From Fonticula alba ATCC 38817 (Eukaryota; Protista; Nucleariida), in NCBI GenBank assembly GCA_000388065.2, contig KB932201.1: DNA of 60,974 nt. One strand, written 5' to 3'. Within the stretch, counting starts at the first letter, position 1; every line of letters begins with the position of its first letter. Shown one piece after another: positions 1-10,687 of the stretch. The notes beneath the pieces are model-generated. The model ran no database searches. It saw nothing but the letters and a program-made list of their open reading frames with translations, and was not told where the DNA came from. Made by a program: the position numbers and the translations under genes.

Positions 1-20
1 AAGGGGCTCCCATGACGCAC

Positions 21-1471
21 CTCCAGATGCAGCTGCGGGTAAAGGAGACGCGCGGCCGGCCGGGTGGCCAGCTTGAAGCCGCACTGGGTATCGGCGACAC
101 CGCCAACACCGCCGATGGCTGCCAAGGATGCCTGGAAGGCATGCTGGAGGAAGGCCCGGACGGGGGCGCGCTCGACGCGCGCATCGCCCGACCCGCTGGC
201 CGCCCGGCTGCCCACCGCCAGGGCCATGCCATGGCCAGGGTCCTCGGCCGCGCGCAGCTGCTCGACACACGCGTCCACCATGCGCGGCAGGGCGGTCGGC
301 AGGTCGGTGGCCCCATCGGCATCGGCGAAGAGGATCAGCCGCCCACGGGACCGAAGCACACCGGCCGCCACGGCGCCGCCCTTGCCGACGTTGCGCGGCA
401 GCCGAAGCAGGCGCACCCGATCGGCCGTGTATACCGACGTCAAGCTCCGGGCAACGTGCGCCGTGGCGTCGGCACTGCCATCATCAACAATCACCACCTC
501 AAAGGAGAAGACATGCGTGCCATGGCTGTTGGGCATGGTCAGATGCAGATCCGACACAGCGAGGTCGGCCTCGGCCGCCGTGCTGGCATCGGCCGCACGC
601 GCATGGCGATAGATGGGCTTCGTCCGGCGCCCGGGCTGCGCAGTCGGCTCAGCAGCCGCACGCCGATTGAAGACAGTCACATGCGCTGGGGGCGGAGTGC
701 ATCGAGGCGAAGGCCCAGCCGGCCCGGCCTCCACAAAGTAGGGAACCCCCTGCAGGAAGGCCGTCGCATTGGCCAGGGCTCGGCGGGTGTCGTGCGCCGC
801 GCGAAGCTCCTCGGCCGATGCCCCCTCGACCGGGTCCTCCCCGGCCGCCAGCAACAAATGACGCAGAGTCTGCTCCATCATGGCCGGCAGACGGCCCTGC
901 TCATTGTAGGCCGGTACCACGATTGACAGATCCACCAGCCGGTCGGTGGTGGTGTGGGTGAAGGGGGGAATGACCCCAGTGCGGAGACCACGTCGAGCGC
1001 GGGCCGAAGGCGCTGGCGCGGCGGTCGCACTCGACTCCGCAGCATCGCCCACCTCCGACACGGGGGCAGGGGTGCCGGGCGCGTGGACCACGCGCGCAGG
1101 CAGCGTGAATACCGACGGGAAGGGGGCCGACGGGCCTCCCTCGGCCGGGTCCACCAGCGTCGTGGCAAAGTCCATGGATGTGTCGAGGGCCGGCGCCTTG
1201 CGTGAGGGGAGTGCCATCCAGAAGACCAACTGACAGGGGTACAGCGTGTAAGTGGGTGAGGTGGCGGGGCAAACGGGCAGAGCAGCGATAGAGAGAGGGG
1301 GGGGGGAGGGAGGGAGGGAGGGAGGGAGGGAGGGAGGACCGCGCGTATCCCGACAGGCCTGACGGGAGATGTATTATATGCGCATGGATGCGTGCGGCGT
1401 ACAAGTGAGGCTAAGGCAATGCCTCCAGACAGGTAGACGAGCCCCATCCGGTCGGCAATGATCGGGATCAT
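21..1471 (-). CDS. ALG5: Dolichyl-phosphate beta-glucosyltransferase (GT2 family), 3' end outside the window
   Basis: Not in the ORF track as a unit; translated by hand. Exon 1 is 1471-1403 (MIPIIADRMGLVYLSGGIALASL), then a GTACGC..CAG intron, then exon 2 at 1229-21. Exon 2 encodes LVFWMALP (completing an N-terminal TM segment), DLSIVVPAYNEQGRLP, FEVVIVDDGSADAT, RNVGKGGAV, GRLILFADADGAT and DTQCGFKL, all ALG5 motifs. A further GTGCGT donor at 20 starts an intron that leaves the window. Confidence 0.92.
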
Positions 1472-2329
1472 GAGTGCGGCGGGGAAGGGACGAGGAGAAG
1501 CGGAGGGGAGGCTAAGAGCAGGATGAAGAGAGAGAGAGAGAGAGGGGGGGGGAGGGTAGAGAGGAGAGGGAGGGGGAGAGGGGGGAGAGGGGGGGGAGAG
1601 GGGGGGGCATGCTCGGGGGGCTTGGATTCCCTCCCTGCACCTGGCCCTTCAGCCGGGCTGTCCCGGGTGACAGTGGCGGCGGCAACAGCGGTCTCGGGTG
1701 CATGAGGGACACGCACGGCACAGAGGGACAGCCCGCGCACACCCCCACTGAACACGGACGGGGAACATATCCCTCCTTCTGGCCTTTCTCTCGCAAAAAC
1801 AGCCAGAGGCTAGGGCTGGCCAAGTGCCAACGCTATTGAGTCATGGGGGATCGCTTGAAAGCCTGCACTCTCCCCTCCCGGGGGGGGGGGGGGGAAGGGC
1901 AGACGAGACATGCGGGGCGGCGGATAGAGTAGAGCACCCCAACCACTGGCCCCGGGCGCCCGGAGCAGGCCCGAGCAGATAAGGGGCCGGGGTGCCATCA
2001 TGGAGAGCGCACGGGGGCCGGGTGGGGGCGGGGTCCGCCGCTCGCCGGCGCCTCCTCCTGGCCCGCGGCAATTGGGCAAGCAACGATCCCTCAGCGACCT
2101 GCTGCCGCTCTCCCCTCTCCGGACAATAGGTCCAAATTTTACCCTTCGCGCGCTTTTCGCATGCACTTCGGCCCCTTCTCCCCTTGGTCCAGACCCGCTG
2201 CCTCTGTGACGCATGGACACCGCATGCGCACCCCCGAGCGTACATGCACCAACCAAGCCCGCCATCTATTTTCTATACATGGGACAATGAGAGGGGGGGG
2301 GGCCGGGCGAAGGAGGGGCCTTCGCAGCC

Positions 2330-5300
2330 CTAACGGTGCATCACCTCGTAGGGGTTGCTCTCGACCGACTTGAGCTTGCGCGAGAGGTCGCGAGCAGTCA
2401 GCTGCAGGATGCGCTCCTGTCGATGAACCATGCGCAATGTGTCCACACGCTTGTGGGAGGCGTGGAGCTGCGCAAGGCCACGATCCTGGACACTACTGGC
2501 ACCACCAGTGCTGAATGGACCGGCCGAGCTGGTCTGGATGTCCGCCAGAGACAGCAAAGCTGGCGAGGAGGCCGGCGAGGGAGACAGGGCACCCGACTCG
2601 CTGGAGACATCATCGGCGTCGCTTGCCATCGAGGGGTAGCGCTCGCGAATGGCATGGTACTTGCTGTCCAGGAGCACGCGCGCGGCCAGGAGCTCACGCG
2701 CTTGCGAAGCCGGCGCCGAAGAGAGGATTCGTCGCTCGCGCAGGCGCGCGGCATTGAGCGTTTGGAAGGGATGTCCCCCGGGCCGGCTCGACAGAGCCGA
2801 ACAGGTGCCCGGGATGGGGATGCTCGGCCCGAGGGAGGTGCGATCGCTCATGGTGGACATGCGCTCGAGCGACACGGCACTCTGTGCACACAGGCGCTGG
2901 ACACTGCGTGCTGCGGCATATAGATGTCGCTCCGAGATGCCGATGGCTAGATGGAACACACCCAGCAACAGCGGGATCCGGGGAGTGGACGGAAAAGTGG
3001 CAGGTCAATTTCAGCCCAGCGCCAGGCTAGCGCGGGCGACAAGGCACGCAGGCAAGAGAGGAGGGCTGGGGCAGATGGAGCTCAGGCGAGAGGGAGAGAG
3101 AGAGAGAGAGAGAGAGGCAGGGAGGGAGGTGTGAGACACGACATACCACGCGCAAGGACGCTCACCACAAACCCATACTCGCCGGAGCTGTGGCTGAGGG
3201 CATCCAGGTCCGAAATGTCATCCGGCGGCGGGAGATACACCCGGAAGGAGGCCGACGGATGCTCGGTCGGCAAGTTGTGGAAGAAGGACAGCATGGTCAG
3301 CGGAACTCGAGTGGGGAACTCCGGGTCCTCATTCCGGTCCCAGGTGTGCTTGTTGATGGGAATGGCAGCTGACGGTCGGGGCAGAGCTGACATCCCGCCA
3401 GCACGCCTGCGTGCTGATGCCTGTGCCCGCCGTGCGTCTTTTGACTCCCCGGCCGGGGCGTCCGCCGTGGGGAAGTACACCCGCTCGGCGCCCGGCATGA
3501 AGGCCCCGCCATCTTCAGTGCCAACGGCCAGACGCGCGGCCGTCGGTCCAGTCGACCTGGTGGGCCGGGCAGCCAGCGCATCCAGCAACGGCCGCTCCAA
3601 GTCGAAGCCTGCCCGATCGGCAAAGAAAGGACTCCGCAATTGCCCGGTGCTGGGAGGACGACCGGTGGCCCGGACCGGGAATCGCTGGGATCGACTGCCC
3701 GCTCGTTCGAGAGCCCGCACGGCGGTCAGCTCGGCCTGTACGACCTGGGGCTGGGTCGCGCGCAGGAATTGTCGCGAACGGCTACGAAGGGTGCGAGCCT
3801 GCACCGCCACAGACCCGAGAGCCAGCCAGTTGACCGGATGATCGGACGACTCGACCCTGCTGTTGGCGGAGGTGCCGCGGTGCCGGCTCTGAAGCATGGC
3901 CAGGCTGTCGAGGTCCTGATGCGAGCGAGGGGCCCGGCCCGGGGCCAGCCCCTGGGCCTGGAGCAGACTCCTCCACGAATGGAAGGACATCAGCCCCAAA
4001 TGGCTGTCGCTGAAGGGCAACCGGTAGGCACTGTCCGTGGCTGGTACGAGACGCTCGCGCGCGGTTTCCAGAAGCGCCCCCGGGCCGGCAACTGCCTCGA
4101 GCTCCTCCTGCGAGGGGTACAGACGCCCATTCCGCATGACCAGGAACCCGGGCAGTCGCTTGCTGGTATCGGTGCCCGGCCGCGTGGAGTAGTCCACCAG
4201 ACAGTCGAGCCCGTAGGCCAACTGCATGGCCACCACCAGGAAGGCCGCGGCTCGGACTTCCGGGAACCACACCGCGTTGTGCTGGGCACCGACATCCAGC
4301 TGAGCATCATCTCGGGCACTGGCCTGCTCCGCGGTTCCGTGTGATGGCGGGGCCAGGGGGAACTCCTTGGCCAGCGGGAGGAGCAACTCCGCAAGTTCGG
4401 TCGCCAGATAGCCGATGGGCTCTGCGGATGAACATCGAGCCAGTCAATCGAGCTGCAAGAGCATGAGGGGAGGAGAGGGCCGAAGAGGGAAAGGCCAAAC
4501 ATCGCGCACCTGGGACATGGGTCAGATTGGCCACCCGATGAATGGCCTCTGGGGCTGAGGTGGCCAGCCGGGCACCAGGAGGCTGGTTGCGCAGGCCGGT
4601 CAGCTCCCGAAGCGATGCCGGCAGTGTGCTTGGGGCTGGGGTGTACAGACCGGCGCTTTCGAAGAAGCGTGCCAGGGTCTGGATCACGGAGATAAGTGCC
4701 TCCGACCGGACGCGAGATCCGGGCTGGATACACACACACAGACACACACACACACACAACACCCCGGGTTAGTATCGCCCATGCCATGTATAGGAGCGAA
4801 GATGCTATCAGTCGGGCAACGCACATGGCCTGACAGAGATACCAGGCTTCGACAGTCCTCCAGTGACCAGGTTGGAAGGCGGAGGTGCGCCGCCGAGCAA
4901 TACAGCAGTGCCGCCGCCAGGGTCTCATTCAGCTGGAAGTGATAGAGTCGCAGTGCCTGAGATCGAGCCGAGTCGACATCGGCATCGTCGTCAGACTCGC
5001 CCTCGAGGCCTTCCGGGATGGAGGGATCGGCCACAGCCGGGACGGCGATCTGGAAGGCTGCTGCCATGCGCGGACAATCCAGGAAGGTGACATAAGCGAG
5101 CCACAGCTCACGGACCACCGGCTGTGAATTTCCCGACACAAGGGACGCGCATGATCATGGAAGAGAGGGGTGGGTGAGGAAGGGTGCATGTGAGCTCATG
5201 GATGTGTGTGTGTGTGTGTGCGAGGGCGAGGGCGAGGGCGAAGGCGGGTGAAAGGAGAACAGACAGAGAAAGAGGGTGAGGGGGAATTGTCGTCGGAAAC

Positions 5301-6178
5301 GCACCGGGAAGGAGGGGCTGGCCCAGCCCCGATCAACTGCCAACTGAGCTGAAAGCTGGAGCATGCGTTGAAATTGAAGGTAGCGAACCTTGTGATCCTG
5401 GCGCGAGAGGAGCTTGACTGTCACGTGAATGTTTTAGTGTACTGCCGGCGCATGTGCAGACGCCGCTCCCGGCGCGTGCGTGTGCCTGTATGTATGTGCG
5501 TGTGTGTGTGTGTGTGTGCGTGTGTGTGTGTGTGTGTGTGTGCGGTTGGCGCGTCCGCGCACGCGCGCATAATGGGGCGGCCGGCTGGTCAGCCAGGTCA
5601 GGGCTGTGGGACAGTCCGCCGCACGAGGCCGGAGACAAGGGGGGCGCCCAAGAATTCCCCCCCGTCCCGTGCCCAGCCATGCCTGCGGCCCATTTACCTA
5701 CACACTCACACTCACGCAGGCACTTTTACAGGGAGAGGCAAAAAAAAACGTGAAGGAAAGGTGGGCAGGTGTGTGTGTGCGTGTGTGCGTGTGTGCGTGC
5801 GCGCGCGGGGGCACGAGGAAAACACGCGCCAGCATACGCACCAGCGTCATCCACCGACAGGGCGCCCTCCTGGGAGGATGACCTATTTTTGCGGGCCTTT
5901 TTCCGGAGGACGCCCCCTCGGCCGGCCATATTGAAAGCCTCCTCATCATCGCCCCCCTCCGTATTGATTGCCTGCTGCTGCGAGTTACACACGCTACAGG
6001 TCCGCGCGCCCGTTAGCGAAGAAATAATCCACCTCGGTCGAGGCGTCCTGCAGACCGGGCACGCCGACGAAGAAGCCACTGAAGGGCCCTCCCGCTGGCG
6101 CTTGCGAATCTCAGCCAGTCGTTGAAGTCTGCTCACCTGCGCCGCGGCCTGCGCCATCTCCTCCTGCGATTTGGCCAT
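2330..6178 (-). CDS. RRN7: RNA polymerase I core factor/SL1 subunit Rrn7/TAF1B (TFIIB-like), about 957 aa, 7 exons
   Basis: Hand-built phase-consistent model: 6178-5842, 5603-5563, 5397-5305, 5121-4825, 4723-4510, 4421-3147, 2946-2330 (2874 nt). N-terminal zinc ribbon CPVC..W..TGARTCSVC. Blocks LQFQRMLQ, VVRELWLAYV, NETLAAALLYCSAAHLRL..SLEDC, EVRAAAFLVVAMQLAYGLD, FHSWRSLL and YGFVVSVLARAIGI appear in the same order as the equivalent TAF1B/Rrn7 blocks as I recall them. Similarity is low. Confidence 0.78.
4768..4774 (-). promoter_or_regulatory. Intron branch point TACTAAC in RRN7 intron 4
   Basis: The + strand gttagta reads TACTAAC on the minus strand, about 45 nt upstream of the CAG acceptor at 4724. 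CTAAC/CTGAC variants lie similarly upstream of many other acceptors (about 6834, 7762, 11145, 22043, 49986, 51693). Confidence 0.7.
5486..5543. repeat. (TG)n/(CA)n microsatellite in RRN7 intron 2, representative of many intronic CA/TG tracts
   Basis: Direct reading. Others at about 4730-4758, 8578-8602, 29602-29624, 30112-30142, 54198-54232 and 57078-57118. Confidence 0.9.
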
Positions 6179-6484
6179 CTTTGCGCGTGTCGGGTATCCT
6201 CGTGCTCACCGGCCTCCTTCCTCTTTCCCGGACTTTTGGTGTATCCTCCGCCTGGTGTGCTGGGGTGTAACTCGACGAGCCGCTAGGGTCGCTGTCGTGC
6301 CGCAAAAAAGTACGTGCGCCTTTGCAACGACATTGACGAGGGGGCGGGGGGGGATGGGATGTGTGTGTGTGTGTGTGTTAGGATCTGCGGCAAGTGAAGT
6401 GGACGCGAAAGAAGCCAGCCCAACTGACAGCCCCCCTTTTCCCCGCTCTATCGGTGACCGCGACCGGTCCAACACAGCCTCGGG
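6179..6484. promoter_or_regulatory. Probable bidirectional promoter between RRN7 (-) and the orphan gene (+)
   Basis: Only 306 bp separate two divergent start codons. No specific motif identified. Confidence 0.45.
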
Positions 6485-9137
6485 ATGATGTCTGCTCTTT
6501 TCCTCGCCCGCGCTGGCATGCCGGCCAATCGGGCAACTCTTATCGGGGGAGCTCGGTCCATCTCCACTTGGGGCTTGGTTTCGCCCAGCGGTGCGTCACG
6601 CATCGGCCGATTGGCCGCCGGGACGACGGTCAAGACGCACCTGCTGAATGGATGTGCCAGGGGGGGGGGGGGGAGGGGGGACGGAAAAATTGCAGAGATC
6701 TTGGTCGGACCGAGACAAAAAGAGAGGGGGGTGGGAGGCATGGCGAATGCGCTCGGGCCTCGCCGCCCAGCCCCACACCCGGGTGGTGTCTTTTCTCGGG
6801 GCGGCCATCCGGCGGCGGTGGTGTGTGACCACGTGACTAACATTTGCCCCCTCCACGCAGCCACCATCAATCGTGGCTTCCCCCCGGCGGCGGTCCTGAG
6901 CCTGGGCCCAGGCCAGCCGGCCCCGACGCCTCTCGGCGTGGCGGCGGCCGACGGCGACGATTCGGCCCCCCAAGAGAACAGCGCGCTGCCGGCCGCGCGG
7001 AAGTACTACACCATTTGCGAGCCGGAGAACTCGCGCGTCATGCTGGTGTCGACGCCCCTGCACCCGGCCAATCCGCACAGCCCGGAGCGGCCGCTTCTGG
7101 TGGAGCATGTCATCGGCCTGGGGTTCCCCGGGCGGCGGCCTTTCGCTCGGCAGTCGGACGCCGAGCTGGTCCTCAATCGGCCAACCTTCGCGGCGCCCCT
7201 GTACCAGGCTCACCCCGGGAGCGCGGAGTTTGCCTCACTGCCGGCCGCTACGCAGAAGGCTCTGACCCGGCACTACCAGCGCCTGGAGCAGCTGGGCGTG
7301 GCCACGCCGCTGGATTACCCCTCGCACATCCTGACACACGACCATGGCAATGGCCGTGTGCTCCTATCGAACACGGTCACCGGCCAGACGGAGCTCCTGC
7401 TGCCGGGCGAGTCGCGCCTGGTGACCCTCCTGCGTGAGGCCAACCGGCAGCTCATGCGTGCCGGCATTATTCGTCGGCTCCGGCGCAATGCCAGCCCCAT
7501 GGACGAGGACCAGATCAATGCCTTCAACACCGAGCGGCCGAGTTGGCTGATGCGCTGGCTGTCCGAGCGCTTCCGTCGCCGGCATGGCTTTGTGTCGCCA
7601 GAGTGGGCCGTGTGTGCGGCCCCGGGCGAGCGCCGCTACCAGGTGGTCGATCGGAAGTGCGTCCGCAGGTGGCCGCCGCCGCCTCCCTTTGTGCCGCCCG
7701 AGGCGTGCGGGGGTGACCTGGCCCTGCCGCGGTCCTCCTCCCTCCTTGGCAAGATCGCCGAATACTGACTGGTCCCTCCCCCTGCCGCACATCAAGTACC
7801 CATCGTTTGTGGGACCTGGGCCACATGGATCCCGTTCTGGGCCGGCCGCGGGCGCTGCCGGAGGACGAGCCGGTGCCGGGCGATTGCTCGGCCGCCGCCC
7901 CGGACACCGATCTGCTGGCCATTGATGGCGGTATGTTACCCGGATGGCATTCCCGCGTGATGCCTAGCCCTCTCCCCTCTGTCTGCCCCTGCCGAGACTG
8001 ACCTCGTGCTTGCTGGAACCACACATACGCACACAGGCCAGTTGGTCTTCATCAACCCCGATGGGAGCCGCTCGATCGCGCTCATCGAGAATCCGAACAT
8101 CATCCCCCAGGCATTCGCCAAGGATGTCGCGGCCCTGGAGCAACAGGTGATGGATGACGAGACGGCCGCCGGAGACCTCATCTCGGCAGCGGCCGCTGGC
8201 GGGGAGGAGCCCCAGACGCTGGATGCGCCGCAAGATACCCGGCCCCTGGCGTCGGACCAGGCGGAGGAGGAGCGCGCCCTCTGGCCGTACACTCTGACCA
8301 TTGCCCCCTTCCTGATTATGGCCCCGGGAATCAACTACATCGAGGTGGAGTTGGCCCCGCCGGAGGGCTGTGCCATTGTCGGCATCTCCGGGCCGCGTGT
8401 TGTGTCCGAGGGGTCGATCTTCGACCGTCGGCCGCTGTCGCACATTAACCGTGAGGAGTTGCAGGTGCGCACCTGGGCGGGCAATGTGTCTGCGAGAAGT
8501 ATGGGCAGGCGGGAGGGGAGCAGCTTAAGATGATGTAGGATGCCATGTTGCCCGGCACCGTGGCCGCGACACGTTGACACACACACACACACACACACAC
8601 ACATGCGCGCGCGCGCGCGCCGCATGGATGTCGACAATGCCCACACAGGAGTTCAAGGATGACAATCAGAACTTCCTGACCAATGCCTCCTTTGAGGTCC
8701 CCCCACAGCCGCCCGTGGGCCTGCCTCTGCCGACGGTCCAGCGCCCCCAGCGGTCGGCCTCTCTGACGCTGGATATGTACGGCTCTGCCGGGACGGGGCG
8801 CATCCTGGCCGATGTGTCGGTCTACATGCGGCGACTGGAGAACCCGGCGGCCGGTGACGGCCCGCTGGTCTGCGTGGGACCCATGTTTGTCGAGCACCGC
8901 CGCGTGTTGATCCCGGTCCGGGTGTCGGTCCATGCGACTGAGCTGCCGGAACTGGCCCGGCGGACGGCCTCCCTGCCGACGAGCACCAATCCGGAGGATG
9001 TCTACCGGCGCGATGTGGAAACCGACTTCCGCCGGCGGATCCTTGTCAGCCAGCACCAGCTGTACGTGGATCTGGAGCTCCCGGCCGGGGAGTCCCTCTA
9101 CCACCCGGCGCAGGCCAGCCCCGCTGGCGGGCAGTGA
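6485..9137 (+). CDS. Hypothetical protein, about 650 aa, with a mitochondrial-presequence-like N-terminus, 5 exons
   Basis: Phase-consistent exons 6485-6590, 6861-7656, 7797-7930, 8037-8464, 8649-9137 (1953 nt). Donors are GTGCGT, GTGCGT, GTATGT and GTGCGC; branch points GACTAAC and TACTGAC precede two acceptors. Third codon positions are GC-rich and the composition is globular. The N-terminus MMSALFLARAGMPANRATLIGGARSIST is Arg/Ala/Ser-rich with no acidic residues. No family recognised. Confidence 0.7.
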
Positions 9138-10687
9138 GGGGGGGTGGGAACGCGCCGGCCGCGGGATCTCTCCCGCCCAGCAACGCCACTGTCATCTGTT
9201 CTCCTCCGACCTGTGCCCTCCCCCCCCCCCCCCCCTATCCGGGGGAAGGGCAGGAGGAAGGCCTCCACAATTGCATAGAAAAAAGGGGGGATTGTGTCTG
9301 CTCTCCTGGCGCTGGTCTGCCCTGCAGTGTGACTGGCAGGGGGAAGGGGCTAAAAATGATACACCCCCGCCCTCAACTAGAGCCCTTTCTGCTTTTCCTG
9401 CTTTTCCTTTCGTTCCCTTGTGGCTGTGTGTTTCCGCCCGGCGCGCGAGTTGGACGCGTCGGGATGGGGGCTCTCGCGTTGGCGGAGGGGTCGCCGAGGA
9501 AGGGGCGGGATAGCTCGAGATCCGATATTTACCTGGCATAGAAGTACTGGCAGAATAGTCGGATTAGTGGAACCAAAAACCCTGGCAATGTGAGAACGGG
9601 GGATTAAAAATTACGGATATATCGTGGCTCGGAGGGCCAACGTCGATGGCAGTCTAGAAAGAGCGCCGCCCACGACGGCCTTTGGTTCGGGGGACCTACT
9701 CCGTGGCCAGCCATGTGGACGGCTTCGGCTTGCCCAGCCACCGTACCGAACCATGGTGAAACTTCCAGACCCGGAGGCCAGCCCGGGAAGGCACCGACAC
9801 GGTCGGGGGGTATTTTGCAGTGAGAGACGACGGCAGGAGGGGTGGTGCCAACGCTCAGCTTCCACCCTACCCCGGCCACCCTGCGTAATACCCTCGGGGC
9901 CCCCGTCGAAGGAGGGGTTGTGTTGGGTTCCCTCGGACCGCAGAGTCCTCTTTCTCTGTGCTCGCCAGCGGCTGTCCGTCCCTGGGGTCTTTCTCTTGTT
10001 GTCACACGCGTGCGTGCCCCCCCCCCCCCCGATAGGGCGGGCCCAGGCCTGCTCACTTCGTCCGCCCCCTTATGATGGAGAGGCGCCCTCGTCCCTCGGT
10101 GTCTCGTCCACACGAGGGGACTCATTGCCGGGAGTGTGCACGCAGCCCAGTTGCCGGCTGCCCCAACAAAGGTGTGTCGGCTCTGGGGGGTTGTACCCAT
10201 GCGGTCGCGCGGGGGGGGGGGGGGGGCGCGGGATGTTGCGCGATGCTGGTGGGCGTTCCCCCTACCATCGCGGCCCTGTCTCCACAGAGAGCCCGGGATT
10301 GCGTTGGCCCTCCCTGCGCCTTACGGCCATTCTCTCTTCTCTCTCTCTCTCCCCCTCTCTTTCTCTTTCTCTCGATGTGGCAGGGGGGATGGACCGGGGG
10401 CGCCTCGGCCCCGGGGCAGGGCGGGGGTGGGAGAGGGCGTGCCAGGTCTGTGTGTCGGCGGCGACCCCCCGCCGCCCCCCGGCAACGGGCACACGTGCCC
10501 CCCGCTCCCCCAGCGCCTTCCAAGTATCTGCGAGGGGGGAGGGCGGGGGGGGAGGGGGGGAGTGGCAGGCTAGTGTGCGAGATGACCCATAAAGGAAGCC
10601 CCACCACCGACGAGAGCCCCAGCGAGCGGCCTCTTCGTGTGTCTACCTTTTGTTACCTAACTTAGTGTAGAAGCAAGAACCGGCAAA

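Noticed and set aside
12-926. 304-aa + strand ORF
   Set aside because: Antisense shadow of ALG5 exon 2; the minus strand carries the recognisable motifs.
1837-1843. TGAGTCA (AP-1/Gcn4-like site) upstream of ALG5
   Set aside because: A single 7-mer is expected by chance in a window this size.
9525-9540. ATATTTACCTGGCA resembling the U1 snRNA 5' end (ATACTTACCTGGCA)
   Set aside because: Mismatch in the splice-site-pairing core, and no U1-70K loop, U1A loop or Sm site downstream.
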